Of a stretch of DNA of 64,000 bases, positions 16,931 through 30,623 are shown piece by piece (the first letter of the stretch is position 1; each line of letters begins with the position of its first letter). Position numbers and translations under genes: made by a program. Below the pieces are notes generated by a model. The model was not told where the DNA came from and ran no database searches. It saw only the letters and a program-made list of their open reading frames with translations. Location of the stretch: the NCBI RefSeq assembly GCF_009914755.1, contig NC_060945.1; one strand, given 5' to 3'. This DNA comes from the human T2T-CHM13v2.0 reference genome, Homo sapiens.

Positions 16931-19929
16931 AAAAGTGAACAGTAATTATATTTTTTGTGTAGTACCAAGTATTTATAAGGGCCTCTGAGTATCTTTATGC
17001 CCTAGAAAAATGAAACAAAATGTGTAATAAATAAATTAACCAAAGTAGTTACAGAACATAAATGGCATCGTGAAATTCAACAGTTGTATAGTGATTACAG
17101 TTTTAGGTTCTCAAGTTCAGTAAGATTTCTATTGTTAGTAAAAATTAGAAGAGGGTGGTAACTATACAGACATAGCACTGATTAATCCTAAATTCATGCC
17201 TTTTAATTTTTAAATTCATATCCACAGGTTATATTTGTCAGAATTACCTTCTGTCCTCAATTTTTATTTGTTATTTATTTTGATTTTTAAATTGCAAAAC
17301 GTCTGAAGATATGGATTTACAAATGATGCCTGTTTCCAAGATTAATGGTAATATAACAGGTAAAAAAGGCTCAAAGATATTTAGAGTATTTATCAAAAAT
17401 ATAAAATATTATCACACTGGAGGTATTACAGTTTGGTCATTTACTTTAAGATGCAATCTGTTTGGTGTGTTTAAGTATATGAATAAATGCATGTTTACTT
17501 ATATGTTTATGTATACATAAACATGTAGTGATATATTTGCATACACATGTGTTTGTGTCTTTGTGTAAAAGGAATTATAGTTCTTTGAAAGACTTTAGAT
17601 AGTATTTATTTTCCAAATTCATAGTTTACATTGAATATAATTGAACATTGCACAGTATTCATTTCTGTGATAAATCAGTTCAACTGTAAAATTCTATGTA
17701 GGCTGCCTTATCAGTGAAAGCTTATATTCATCTAACAAACTAAGGAAAAGAAGAACATTCCTAATATTAATCTTACTCATATTCAACAATATATTGTATT
17801 CAAATTACTCTTGTTTTTAGTTAAAAATTTATTAATTTATTCAAATTTCCTACCAAAATTTATTCAAAATTCAAGATGGTGGGAAAACAATGACTTTAGT
17901 TCTATATGAAAGATTTGATAATTATTGACCTACTTGGACATTTGTATGTGAATTATCAGCCAATTAAGGGACACTCAAAAATTACTCTAATATTTAGATA
18001 GGAAGTGTTTGAGATATTAGGTTAATTCAGCTTATATAAACAATAAACCAAGATGTCAGTTTAAAGATAAAGCTACTACACTTTCTGAATTTTATACTTT
18101 GCCTGCCTTAAGTTAGCAATTTAATAAAATATTTGGAAAGATTTAGAGCTATTTTGGCATAACCTTAAAGAAATAATTTTGATGTTTGATAATATAGGGA
18201 GACACATTCATTAGTAATAAAGTGACAAGCTATACTATTGAATTATAGGACAGAATAACAGCAAATTATGACAAAAATTAAAATAAAGATGGCCCAAAAT
18301 TATCAATGGAAATATGCATTTATAAAACTTAAGAAGACCTGAAGAAATATGTTAAAGTGAAAAGTCTCAGCAAATATTACTGAAAATTAAAACTGAATGA
18401 TTAGAAAAAGCGTTGAAATATGTTTTTTATTTATTTACTTTGTTGTAAATATTTAATCATGGCAATCAGAAAATAATACCAACAACAACAGCCCCAAATG
18501 ATTTGATTATAGCAGTTTACAAATATCATTTTTAAGTAGTTACATACTTTAGTATTTCAAAAATTTAGATGTTCCAAATTTAATATACTTATAATTACGT
18601 GCTTAATTTCTTCAAATGTATGGATCATCTTTCTTCACTTTTTAATTCAGTGAAACAACCTTTGGGTCCGTAGTTTAAGCTACAACTGTTTCTGATCGTC
18701 CTTTTACCACAAAATCATTTTAAGATGATGACTGCACTGATAAGACCAACCAGTTTTTAGGTTGATTCCATTACCTGTACATATGCTCTGCATTTATCCT
18801 TAAAAAGATTTTCAAAGTTATTTGATCGCCAGTAAAATGGTACATCATAAAACACAAAAATAGCAATTAAGTAAAACCTATTTTATTGTTGTTTCTTGAG
18901 AAAGTGTAATGCATAGATGATTTTAGAGACTTGTGTTTTCCTTGGTGAATTTCAAACATAAAAATAGGATGTAATTTATATACTATGAAAACTTATTTCC
19001 ATTTATGAAGCAATACTTTGAAATGGTGAAATATTAAATGACAGTCCCTTTTGGTTCATGAAGGAGGTGGATGGCTCTGTTACATTACACTAACTTTGTA
19101 AATTAAGCATTATGATGCTCACTTTACCCCCTTTGCTTAATCTCCTTCTCTGTCAGCTGTGCGTTTTGCATTTGAGTAATAAAACTCACAGAATATTAGC
19201 TACTCAGAAGGTTTTATTTCATATCTGAGAGGCTCTCCAATTTTTAAAATCACAGAGATTTCCTATTTAAGGTCAGTTATTATATTATGTGTTACATCTC
19301 TTAAAAATTAAATATAGCCATCTTTATCTTTCTGCTTCACCTGAGGGGCTAGTGTGTCATTCTTATTACCCAACACATAAATGGCTCTTTAAAATGAACT
19401 GGATTTATTTGGCTTAAAAAAACTTTGATATTTAAATTAAACACAACCTTAATTAAATTTGTAGTTCAAGAGGAAAGGCAATGATGCTTCAGCTAGAGGG
19501 AAATAGCTGTAATTATACCCACTATCTCAGAGATGAGCTTATTACTTTTATATATTAATAAGAAATATATAAATATTCTGGCAACTGCTTTATAAGTTAT
19601 CTCTACATCTTCTATCAAGTATTTGTACTAATTTCTGGCATAAACACAAACTTACATTTGTAATTATGAAACTATTTTACTTTAGTATTTTTTTAACATT
19701 TTTGGTTGTTTTGAACTAGTTTTAATACATTATATATGTTAATTTATTACTAAAATTTAAGACATTTCATTCTCTGACACACGTTAATTTTTTTCAATAA
19801 ATTAAAACAAAATTTAAAAATAGTTTTATGTATACATATTTCCTGCCCATTGTGATTATGAATTTTGGGGAATATAAATTTTAACTTTATTTCCATTCTT
19901 TTATGAATGTGTGTCCATAGAGTTGTCAC

Positions 19930-20030
19930 ATAATCTCATTTTTTAACCTGTAACTGGGAATGATAAAGTACATATATAAGGTAGCTCAGAGCCTAGAACA
20001 TTGTAGCCGTCAAAATAGAAGTTATTATTT
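19930..20030 (+). mobile_element. MIR fragment
   Basis: 'cctgtaactgggaatgataa...cagagcctagaacattgtag'. Confidence 0.5.
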
Positions 20031-20254
20031 TAATTTTATGTAATATTTATTAATATTTATCTAATAATATTTTAATATTATTTTAATCAAAGAATAATTT
20101 ACATAAAAACTGCCTAAAGTCTCTTTGAAAATCCAGCTTCTTTTTAAATTTTGCCATACTCATTGACACATATTTCCAATGATAATTTCTACTTCAGCTC
20201 ACTAAAGTATAATGTGTTGAAAGTGAAAAAAATTAAAATCAGGAATTTATAATT

Positions 20255-20400
20255 ATGGAATTTTAAAGTTGTTATATATCTTAAAGATAGCTTATCTAGC
20301 ACCTTCATCTTTGAGACAGAAGCTAGTTACCTAAAGTCTCCAACTAGTTATCAGCAGACTAGTGTTTAGAACAAAGCTATACTGGTGACATAAAGCAATT
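20255..20400 (-). mobile_element. MIR fragment
   Basis: 'agatagcttatctagcaccttcat...gttacctaaagtctccaactagtta'. Confidence 0.5.
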
Positions 20401-20464
20401 TTTCCCGAATGCCAAATCCCTCCATAATATATACTATCCTTAAACTTTCAATGATTTTCTTAAT

Positions 20465-20826
<362 letters not shown>

Positions 20827-21129
20827 TGATTTCCTTTAATTAGCAATGACATACATATTCATTTTTGATGAATACCTACAAATCGATGAAAAATTTTATT
20901 GAAAAAAAGAAATTCTTATTCTACTAATTTGGTCAAAAATGCATATATATTTCCATTGCACTTTTCCCAGTTCCTTTCTTTCTTCACTCTCTATTGATTA
21001 CAACTTAAAAGCAATTAAGTATATTTACTTACCAAAACTAGTGTGATCCTATTTATAGTTACTGGGAAATTACATCTGTCAAATCTGTCATAGGATTTCT
21101 ACATGAGAAAGAAGCTAATCTACATGATA

Positions 21130-21917
21130 TGTTAATTATCAATTGCTGTATAATAAATTATTCCCAAACTTGGTGGTTTATAACAACAACATTAAGTTCT
21201 GGGGTACATGTGCAGAACGTGCAGGTTTGTTACATAGGTATACACGTGCCATGGTGGTTTGCTGCACCCATCAACCCGTCATCTACATTAGGTATTTCTC
21301 CTAATGCTATCCCTCCCTAGCCCCCCACCACCCGACAGGCCCCGGTGTGTGATGTTCCCCTCCCTGTGTCCATGTGTTCCCATTGATCAACTCCCACTTA
21401 TGAGGGAGAACATGTGGTGTTTGGTTTTCTGTTCTTGTAATAACAACAACATTATGTATCTCAGTTTCTGTGGGCTAGGAAGCCAGGTGCTACCTGGGTA
21501 CCTCTCACAAGGCTGCCTTCAAGGTGCCGGCGGAGCTAGCAATGATCACAAGACTACTGACAAAGGAGTCATTTTAAACTCGCTCACTTGATTGTCACAG
21601 GACTCAATTATTTGCAGGCTGTTCGCCAAAGTCTTTGCTTGGCCCATTAGTGCAGGTGCATTTCTACAGGACAACTCATGACACGGCTGCTGTTTCACTG
21701 GAGAGAGTAAGAGAAGACAAGAGAGAAAGAGAACAAACAAGATGAAAGTCGCAGTTTTTTATAAAGTAATCTTGCGAGTAACATCTCATAACTTTTGCTG
21801 TTTTGTATTTATTACAAGCAAGTAATTAGATCCTGCCTATACTCAAAGATAGGGTGTTACACAAGCATATGAATATCAGGGATGGATACCACTGGGAGAC
21901 ATTTCAGAAGCTGCCCG
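21130..21917 (-). mobile_element. MaLR LTR, MLT1F-like, interrupted by an L1PA fragment
   Basis: 'attgctgtataataaattattcccaaacttggtggttt' resumes after the L1 as 'tctcagtttctgtgggctagga' and ends 'catttcagaagctgcc'. Confidence 0.75.
21195..21439 (-). mobile_element. L1PA7-like 3' UTR fragment without a poly(A) tail
   Basis: 'agttctggggtacatgtgcagaacgtgcaggtttgttacataggtatacacgtgccatggtgg'. Perfect 15-bp TSD ataacaacaacatta (21180-21194 / 21440-21454). Confidence 0.93.
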
Positions 21918-22733
21918 AGAGATATTATTAATTTGAGAAAGTTAGCTTTATGGATTTAAGAAAGCACAGAATAATGTTCCCATGATTGTATGAAAGCGGC
22001 TTTATTTTTTAAAAGTGGTCCAAGGATTTTATTCCAAGCACTTCATATTTTTTTCTTGATTTATTAAAAAGAAATTGCTGATGAGTTCTCTGCCACTCAT
22101 TGAAAGTTCTTTTTTCTTTTGATCAGATTAATAAATTACTTACAGAGTTCAAGATGATATTTATTTAGTGATAAGCATGTAGAATTTTCTTTCTAGTCTC
22201 AATCATGAAGTTGAGAATCCATTTATACTTCTATTTATTATTTTTCTTTTCTTGTTATTTACTTGCCGCTATTTATTTCAAACTGCAGAACTCACTTTAC
22301 GAAGTTGCAGTTGGCTTTTGTGGCAAACATATTAAACTCAACTTAGTACCATGAGTTGAAGAAAATTTATTTTGATCTCAGAAGTAAAAATCAAACCTCT
22401 AATACACATAAAAAGCTGTAAAATTTTGCAGCAGTATACTTTTTAAATAAAAGAAGCCTCACTAAACTAGATGAATTAACTTTTATAATATGGACTGGAC
22501 GGATTGCTTTTCTATTTCCAAATAGTAGACTCATTAAGAGAATACTGAAAATGCACTTCACACATACGAGAATCTCAGAGGAGGACAATAGAATGTAGAA
22601 GCCAATAATTTTAGCAATCACAATATTCAACATATGAAAATCAGGAAAAATGTTTAATTTAAAAATATACATAAAATGAACAAAAACATGTAATCGGAAA
22701 GCATAAAAAATATAATCTGGTTGTTTGAGTAGT

Positions 22734-23094
22734 TTATATGGTTTTGCTGTGCCCCACCCAAATCTCATCTTGAATTGTAGCTCCCATAATTCTCCTGGGT
22801 TGTGGGAGAGACACAGTGGGAGGTAGTTGAATCATGGGGTCGGGTCTTTCCAGTGCTGTTCTTTTGAGAATGAATAAGTCTCGTGAGATCTGATGGTTTG
22901 ATAAGGGGCTTTTCCCCCTTTTGCTCGGCACTTCTTCCTGCGATCATGTGAAGAAGGACGTGTTTGCTTCTCTTTCCATCATGATTGTCAGTTTCCTGGG
23001 GCTTCCCAAACCATGCTGAACTGTAAGTCAATTAAATCTCTTTTCTTTATAAATTATCAAGTCTTGGGTATGTCTTCATTAGCAGACTAATACA
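22734..23094 (+). mobile_element. THE1B/C solo LTR
   Basis: 'atatggttttgctgtgccccacccaaatctcatcttgaattgtagctccc...cagactaataca'. 5-bp TSD gtagt / gtagc. Confidence 0.92.
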
Positions 23095-23098
23095 GTAG

Positions 23099-23436
<338 letters not shown>

Positions 23437-23814
23437 TTCCCTTCTCAAATTTTTGAAAAACTCTTCTAAATTTAAATGTTGCTGGAAGAGTAAATATATT
23501 AATGAGTAGTAAATAAAATAGCTTACCTACTTTAAAGTCAGGTGACTTTTACTTTATGTTTGTTTTGAATGTCATGTTTATTTTATATTATGGAGCATAT
23601 AATATATTGACTGTGTTATTGAGATAATAATTTTGGATATGTTGTCAGTATATAGTGAGACAAGGTAATAAAATCACTGCCATGAAGCTCTCTTCCACAA
23701 AATCTCAACAAAAGTAGGATACAGTATTGAGGAGACAAATTATTATTTTTATTTCCATTTCCATTTATAGTGGGACAGTTTTATTCTATTATTTTTATTT
23801 ATAATTAGATGAGT

Positions 23815-23990
23815 AATCTAGGGTTACTGTAAAAATATTAGATGGTGCAAATACAAAGGAAGAAAAATATTTTCAACATTACACTCACCAGCAAGAGATA
23901 ACCACAATTAACATTTTGATTCATATACTCCCATAGTGCATTCAGTACAAATATATACCTATCTATTTCTATTTCATAACTAAACTTTGT
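23815..23990 (-). mobile_element. Ancient L1ME 3' fragment
   Basis: 'agagataaccacaattaacattttg' is typical of antisense L1ME. Confidence 0.45.
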
Positions 23991-24271
23991 CCTTTATGAT
24001 TTCCTACTCTGACCATACATAGGATCGTAAGGCCCATGTTTGCTCTTCTTCGGAATTGTCCTGGCTAATTCTCTCTCCCCACCCATAACTCAGCAGAATT
24101 TATGGGCAAAAATGTGAGTGGATACCAAATATAAAAGTTGTATTTATATATTATCAATATGTGGAATTACCCACATTAATAATTATATCATAAATAACAA
24201 AGTGAATCTTTAACTGCTTTTGCAAGTTTACTATAATATTTAGATGTAACCTTCAGGGAAATCTTGCAAAG

Positions 24272-24400
24272 TATTGCTATTTTACTCTCCTGTAACAAAT
24301 TACCACAAATGTACCAGTGTAAAACTACACATATTTATTATCTAAGAATTTCACTGAGAGATGAAATTTGGGGGGCTACCTTTAAATTCTGTCTAACAAA
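24272..24400 (-). mobile_element. Internally deleted MLT1 LTR remnant
   Basis: 'ctgtaacaaattaccacaaa...tatttattatct' is joined to 'gggggctacctttaaattctgtctaaca'. Confidence 0.55.
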
Positions 24401-25194
24401 ATTAAAGGCCTTCAAAGAAACAGTTAAAATACTTAAGTGTTTAACTGAAGGGTTATATTACTGTGATTTACTGTACTTTAAAAAAAAAAAGACAGATATA
24501 TAAAGATAAGACAGATTTAGATAGTTTTTTGCTTTATTGAGTAAAATAAGTTTCAATTCCAGAGAAAAATATCTGTAATTATACTCACAGTGTATATATA
24601 TGTACATAAGTGCATGTATATGTGTGTGTATGTAAAAATACATATATATTCTTCCTATATAAATGAATGAATTAGAAATGCCAGGCTTTTACAAATCACA
24701 AAAGTTATTTCTGTAATATTTTCATATTTTAGTTGAATTATGGCAATGGTGTAATGTGTCACACAAAATATAAAATTGGTATGATATAAAACACTAATTA
24801 CGTATAAAGCCTGTTGTGTACCCATTGTATTTATAAAACAAATAAAGTTTAGTAAGGAATAACCAATTTATCTTTACTATGGCATGAATAATTTGATTTG
24901 TTAATATAATTGTAGTGAGAAATTTATTGAAATACAAATGTTGTAAGTCAAATTCTAATATGCCTTTATTTGTAATATTATATATATAATTTACCATATA
25001 TATAAAACTTAAATTCTATCTATATCTATATTTATATAAAATTCAACATCACCTTGGCACTAAGTAAATCACACTGTGAATGTTAACCTCAATAACAGAG
25101 AAGTGCATTTTAAACTAGACTCTATTATAATAGAATATTTATACTTAAATAGCCCTTTCAATCTTACTGTCCTCTTTTGGGAACATTCATCATA

Positions 25195-25365
25195 GATATT
25201 TAATTTTAAAGTCCATCTAATGCAATTTCCTAATTTATTAGAAGTGGAAACTGGGCCCTGTTTTAGAAATGTTAGGTGTCTTGCCATTGGCACTTACTAA
25301 TGGATGATGGAAGTAGGATAAGACAGGCCCTCCTAACTCCAGGCTCTCTGCTCTTTCCCCCACCA
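25195..25365 (-). mobile_element. MIR
   Basis: 'tattagaagtggaaactgggccc...cctaactccaggctctctgctctttcc'. Confidence 0.6.
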
Positions 25366-25724
25366 TTAAATGACCTTCCCTGCTTTGATGCTAATTCTAA
25401 TACAAAGGTTCTCATTCTTGATTTGAAAAGCTATTGGAATTATGTATACTAGTAATGTAACATGTAACACTGAATTAATACTGCACTTTTTCAGAGTTCC
25501 CCAGCTGCCACACGCATTTTGTATGAATCCTGTGATAAATTTGAGCTTTGAGCTTGCTAACTTTAAACATGTCAAACATCAATATTTTTGTCAAAGTTAA
25601 GTTTTAGAAAATAGTAAGACAAAGACTCTATCAGATGTGCACATAACTCTAGTTAAAATATTATTTACAGCAGTCAAAAATTAGACATAACCATAATGTT
25701 CTTTAAACTGGTGTTTGAATAATG

Positions 25725-26430
25725 GAGGAATAAATTGAGCAAATTATTCAAATATTTCACAACAAATTATTGCCTGGAAGTCTTATAAGCTTTGAGATAA
25801 AATTATGTGCACTCTGTCCTCACTGGGCTGACAATTTAGCAGAGAGGATACAAACAGGAAATAGCCATCTAATAAAGTTGGGTCAGCCAATCTAAACTAA
25901 CTGGACTCATTTGAGATTGGAAATTACAATATAAGCTCCTAAGAAAAGTAAATATGAAGGTCCCAGCAAGGAAAGAAGAAACTAGGAAATTTTATCACTT
26001 GTTACATGGTAAAAGGCTTACAGCTCATGAAGAATATTCACATCCATATTTGAGGAGTTTGGATTTTATCCTAAAATAAAAGAGAAACAATAAAGGATTT
26101 TAACAAGAAAGAACCATACGTTTTTAGAAAAGTTTCTCTGGCTGCATAGGGAAGCATAAATCAGAGAGTAATTGGATGGCACACCAGTTAAGTTCTGGTA
26201 TTAATTTTAGATAGAAGTTGTCTTTGAAAACGCTGATGCTGTTGTGGGCCCAGAAGGGTAGTTAGATTCAAGTCCTCTGATCATTACTGAGAAGGAAGGG
26301 CCAAGTTCACCTTCCAGGTTTCACCATGGGCTACTGAGTTTATCATAGTATTATTCACTGAGATTAGGAACTCAGAATAAACAATGCACTAGAAAGGTAA
26401 GATGAATTTTTATAGGTAACTCACACCAAC
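25725..26430 (-). mobile_element. L2 fragments
   Basis: 'gaggagtttggattttatcctaa', 'gtttttagaaaagtttctctggctgca', 'tattcactgagattaggaac'. Confidence 0.7.
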
Positions 26431-27625
26431 TTTTCTCAAACAGAAATCATCCATGTAGATTTATAGGAGGATGTTGAGGGAACTTTGGGGTAATGTCACT
26501 ATTAAAAGATAAGTTATAAAAGTTCATTGACCTAGAATCAGGCTAAAGATGTAGTGACATAAAATTTTGCATATCTATAGCTATAATATGAAAAGGTCTG
26601 AGAAAATAGACAATGTATTAACAATATTTATGTTAGGTAGCATATGTTTTATGATATTCACTATTATTATATTTAATTTTAAGTTCTGACCACTTTGTGA
26701 TCTCGTAAAAAAAAAGTATTAAAACAACTTTGTTAATTAGAAACTCTGCTTTTCTGTACTTATAAAAATAATTAAACCTGAAGCTTGATATTTTTGTCTT
26801 ACCTTGCTGTTTTTCATTATTCTAATTTCATTTTGATAGCATCACATGTATATTTTGCAGAGTACTATATACTTGTAATAACACTACTTACTTCTTCCTC
26901 TAGGAAATATTAACTGTACTTCCAGTTTTTGTTTTATATATTTTTCATAATGGCATTTATTTTATTGTCAATTAACATCACTCTCCACCCGTGGTATTAA
27001 ATATGTAGTTTTTAAATATGCTGTATCTTTTCTTGGAAACATTTAAGAGTCACAGTCCTCTGCAACAATTCCCAATGTTATCTACAAGTAGACGATTTTC
27101 AAAGGGAATCTACATATACATGTTAGATAAGTTGTTAAAGCTTTTCACCATGCACAGAAAAAAAAACTACTCAATTCCAATGTCTAAAGTACAGATAATA
27201 TATAATAAATTAATCAATGTGGTGACAAAACAGTTGAAGCAGGTAACAAAGGAAAAAAAGTCAAACATCCTAGAGTAAGCTTAGTTTGAGTAATCAGCGA
27301 ATAGAAATATTATGTGATCATAATTATGCTTTTAGGGATGTATAATCATTTAAGGACATGTTTCAATAAGTCATATCATTTGTATATCAATGCAATAATT
27401 TATGTTTCATAAAAATTTGAAGGACAGTATTAGAGACTAAAGTTAAAATACTATGCTTCTAAATAAAACTGGAAAATTTAATGTCTTGGCAAAGTCTTTA
27501 CGAATATTTGTCTCTGGGAGAATATTCTAACTACAGGATCATGAATGAACTGGAAGAATGAACAAAAGTAATGCCCCAGACATGACCCTCAACGAATGAA
27601 AAATAGGATATAATGGATAAATGGC

Positions 27626-27905
27626 TTCTATTAGTTCCTCTTAGTGCTATAAAACTTTACCACAAATTTAACCACTTAAAGTAACAGAAATTTATCATAT
27701 AGTGCTGTAGGTCGGAACTGCAAAATTCTTCTCACTGGGCTGAAATCAACATTTCTCAGGGCTGTTTTCCTTCTGGAGGCTCTAGGGGATATTCTGTAGC
27801 TTTCTCTTTTCCAGATTCTAAAGGCTGCCTGCGTTTCCTGGTTTGTGGCCCCCTTGCATCTTCATAGCCATCAATGCCTAGCTGACACATTCTCATGATG
27901 CCATA
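27626..27905 (-). mobile_element. MLT1C/D LTR (3' half)
   Basis: 'ccttctggaggctctagggga...cttttccagattctaaaggctgcctgc...ggtttgtggcccc'. Confidence 0.8.
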
Positions 27906-28207
27906 CGGATTATTTGTCTGTGAGAGAATTTCTTGAAGAGATCAGCATTTGGATCAGTAGACTGGGTAAACATGATCACCCTCACCAATACAGGCAGGCA
28001 TCATCCAACCCACTGAAGGCCTGAATAGAACAAAAAGGCAGTACTCTCAGTACTCTCAGTACTCTGGACATGTACCATTGGCTCTTCTGGTTCAGGATGC
28101 TGACTTTCTTGGTTCTCCAGTGTGCAGAGGGCACACTGTGGGACTTCTTGGCCTCCATAGTCACAGAAACCAATTCCTATAATAAGTAAATCTTTCCCTC
28201 TCTCTCC
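27906..28207 (+). mobile_element. ERVL LTR, MLT2C/D-like fragment
   Basis: 'gaagagatcagcatttggatcagtagactgggtaaa...ggcatcatccaacccactgaaggcctgaatagaacaaaaaggc'. Confidence 0.85.
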
Positions 28208-28211
28208 AAAT

Positions 28212-28350
28212 GTATATATAAAAATATAATATATAATATAGTATAATATATAATATAATTATATAATATATACTATATAATTATATATTACATAATATAC
28301 AAATTTATATATATATATAAATTGTACACACACATATACAAATATATATC
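28212..28350. repeat. AT-rich (TATAA)n/(TA)n low-complexity tract
   Basis: Directly visible. Confidence 0.9.
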
Positions 28351-28474
28351 TCATATTGTGTAGAATATTCTCTCAGAGACAAATATCCATGAATACTTTG
28401 CCAAGTACTGGAACTATCTGCAGCGTACTGACAATCTCTCTTACATGCCCTTTTAGGTCTTCTGGCCCATTAAA

Positions 28475-29900
28475 AATATACATGTATATTTTTCTGAACC
28501 ACTTCATAGTAGGTTGCTTACCTAATACCCTTATCTCCGTAATAATTCAGTACACATTCTCTAAGAAATAATTTAATTCCTATGTAATCACAGTATGGTT
28601 CAAAATATAGTGTTCAAAATTAGAAAATATAACTTTACTGCAATACTTTTATTTAATCTCTCGGGGTTTTAAAAATGTGTTTGCCTGGGAATATCTATTT
28701 CATTTTAATTTTCCAAGGATTTTAAAAATAATATAGCATTTTTTAATTGGATTTTTTCTCCAAAATTTATGATGTCATTTGTCTGCCTTCTTGATTCCAT
28801 ACTTTCAGTTGAAATCACATCTATTTGTCTTCTTTTTGCTCCTTAAAGATAATGTGGATTTTTCATCTGGCCACTTTAAGATTTCCCCTCTGAACTGGCA
28901 TTTCGAAATTTTACTGTGCCACTCCTAGGGTTTATTTTCCTTATGACTATCCTACTTGCAGTTCATGCACCTTCTTAAGTTCATAGGTTTTGGTCTTTTA
29001 TCTACTTTGCAAAAGAATGAGTAATTCAAGAAAAATTGCTTCTGTCATTTTAGCTTTCTTTAATTAAACCACAGACATTTTCGAAGCTCAAATATATGTA
29101 TTATGAGTTTCTTAAGTATTGCAAAAACATTTTTTTCTCATGTTAAAGATTGGATGAGAAATACATAGAAAATACCATGTTTGGACTAGGGAGAATAAAG
29201 ATTTTAAAAATCTCTTTGATGTGTTTAATCCATTTCTATTTTTTTCCTCTCTTCTTTATTCTCTCTTTCTCTTTACATTTTAGTACTTTTATTTTTCTGG
29301 CATGCTTGGTAGGTTTTTTTAAAAAAAGTCTTCAATTTGTATGTAAAATTGCAGTCATTGGTTGATGTACTCTTCTTCCAGGATGGTTGAACTTTCCCCT
29401 GGCCATTATTTAGAATTCAGATGATATCTTTTGGTATCTTTGATATCACATGATATATTTGAGTTTTATGTCAAGTTTACTTATGGTTTAATCTTAGTCC
29501 AGAATATACATTTTTCTCCTAGAGCGTAACTTTACTTCTAGAGCTTACATCTTCTGGCCCCTGAAAAATGCTTCATGACTTGACCATGACATGCCCATAC
29601 TTTAATCTAGGCTCTTCAGGACAACAAGGCTCTGAAGTGTTATTTTTGAATTCCAGTTATTGTTTTTTGCTTTATTTCTGTTTTCCTTTGTACATGTCCA
29701 CCGTAAAAGTTGACAGCTCAAAGAAGATAGCAGGCATGCAGACTTTCGGCTGCACGGGGTTTTCATCACTTTAAGCCACAGTCACCTTTGTAGCTTTTTA
29801 ACTTCAACCTGTCTGTGTTACTAGGTGACACTACTGAAAGCCAAAATAAATATATATTTTCTTAGACTCTAATTGTCCACACCGGAAATGTAAATATTCC
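28475..29900 (-). mobile_element. Ancient L1M fragments (L1MC-like 3' piece followed by ORF1/5' remnants)
   Basis: 'ttttctgaaccacttcatagtaggttgc...ttcagtacacattctctaagaa' and 'ctggccactttaagatttccc'. Very diverged, boundaries approximate. Confidence 0.45.
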
Positions 29901-29925
29901 ATGTGTTAAAAAAAAGTGAATGTGC

Positions 29926-30228
29926 GGCCTTGGTGTGGTGGCTCACGCCTGTAATCCCAGCACTTTGGGAGGCCAAGGCAGGTGAATCACGAAGTCAGGA
30001 GATAGAGACCATCCTGGCTAACATGGCGAAACCCCGTCTCTACTAAAAATACAAAAAATTAGCCGGGCGTGGTGGCGGGCGCCTGTAGTCCCAGCTACTC
30101 GGGAAGCTGAGGCAGGAGAATGGCGTGAACCCGGAGGCGGAGCTTGCAGTGAGCCGAGATCGCGCCACTGCACTCCAGCCTGGGCGACAGAGGGAGACTC
30201 CGTCTCAAAATAAAGAAAGAAAGAAGGA
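29926..30228 (+). mobile_element. AluY
   Basis: 'gagaccatcctggctaaca', 'agaatggcgtgaacccggaggcggagcttgcagtgagccgagatcgcgcc'. CpG-rich, with a (GAAA)-type tail. Confidence 0.97.
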
Positions 30229-30623
30229 AGGTAAATGAGGAACATGTCTGAGTCCCAGTTCACATCCCTTCTCTCTAGAATGTGGCCCCTCACATTCTAT
30301 ATCCCTTTTATTGCTCTCTTATATCCTCTGAGTATTTTTGTGTATTTTATACGTTTTATACTTGTTTTCAGCAGAAAATTTAATTTGATTAAAAACTCAA
30401 CAGTCAGGACCCAATGTGGAAGTCCTATTTGTTAATATTTTTACCATTTTGAAAATAATTCTAACATAAAATTTATACATAAATATGAGAAAACGTTTGG
30501 GTCCTGAAAGTCCCCGTGTAGGTTAAAATTATCTTAGTTAACTATTTTAAGTTAAAACTGTCATTTAACACTTAGACAACCTTCAATAATGCAGCTTATT
30601 TGATTTTGCCTGCTCTGCAAGTA

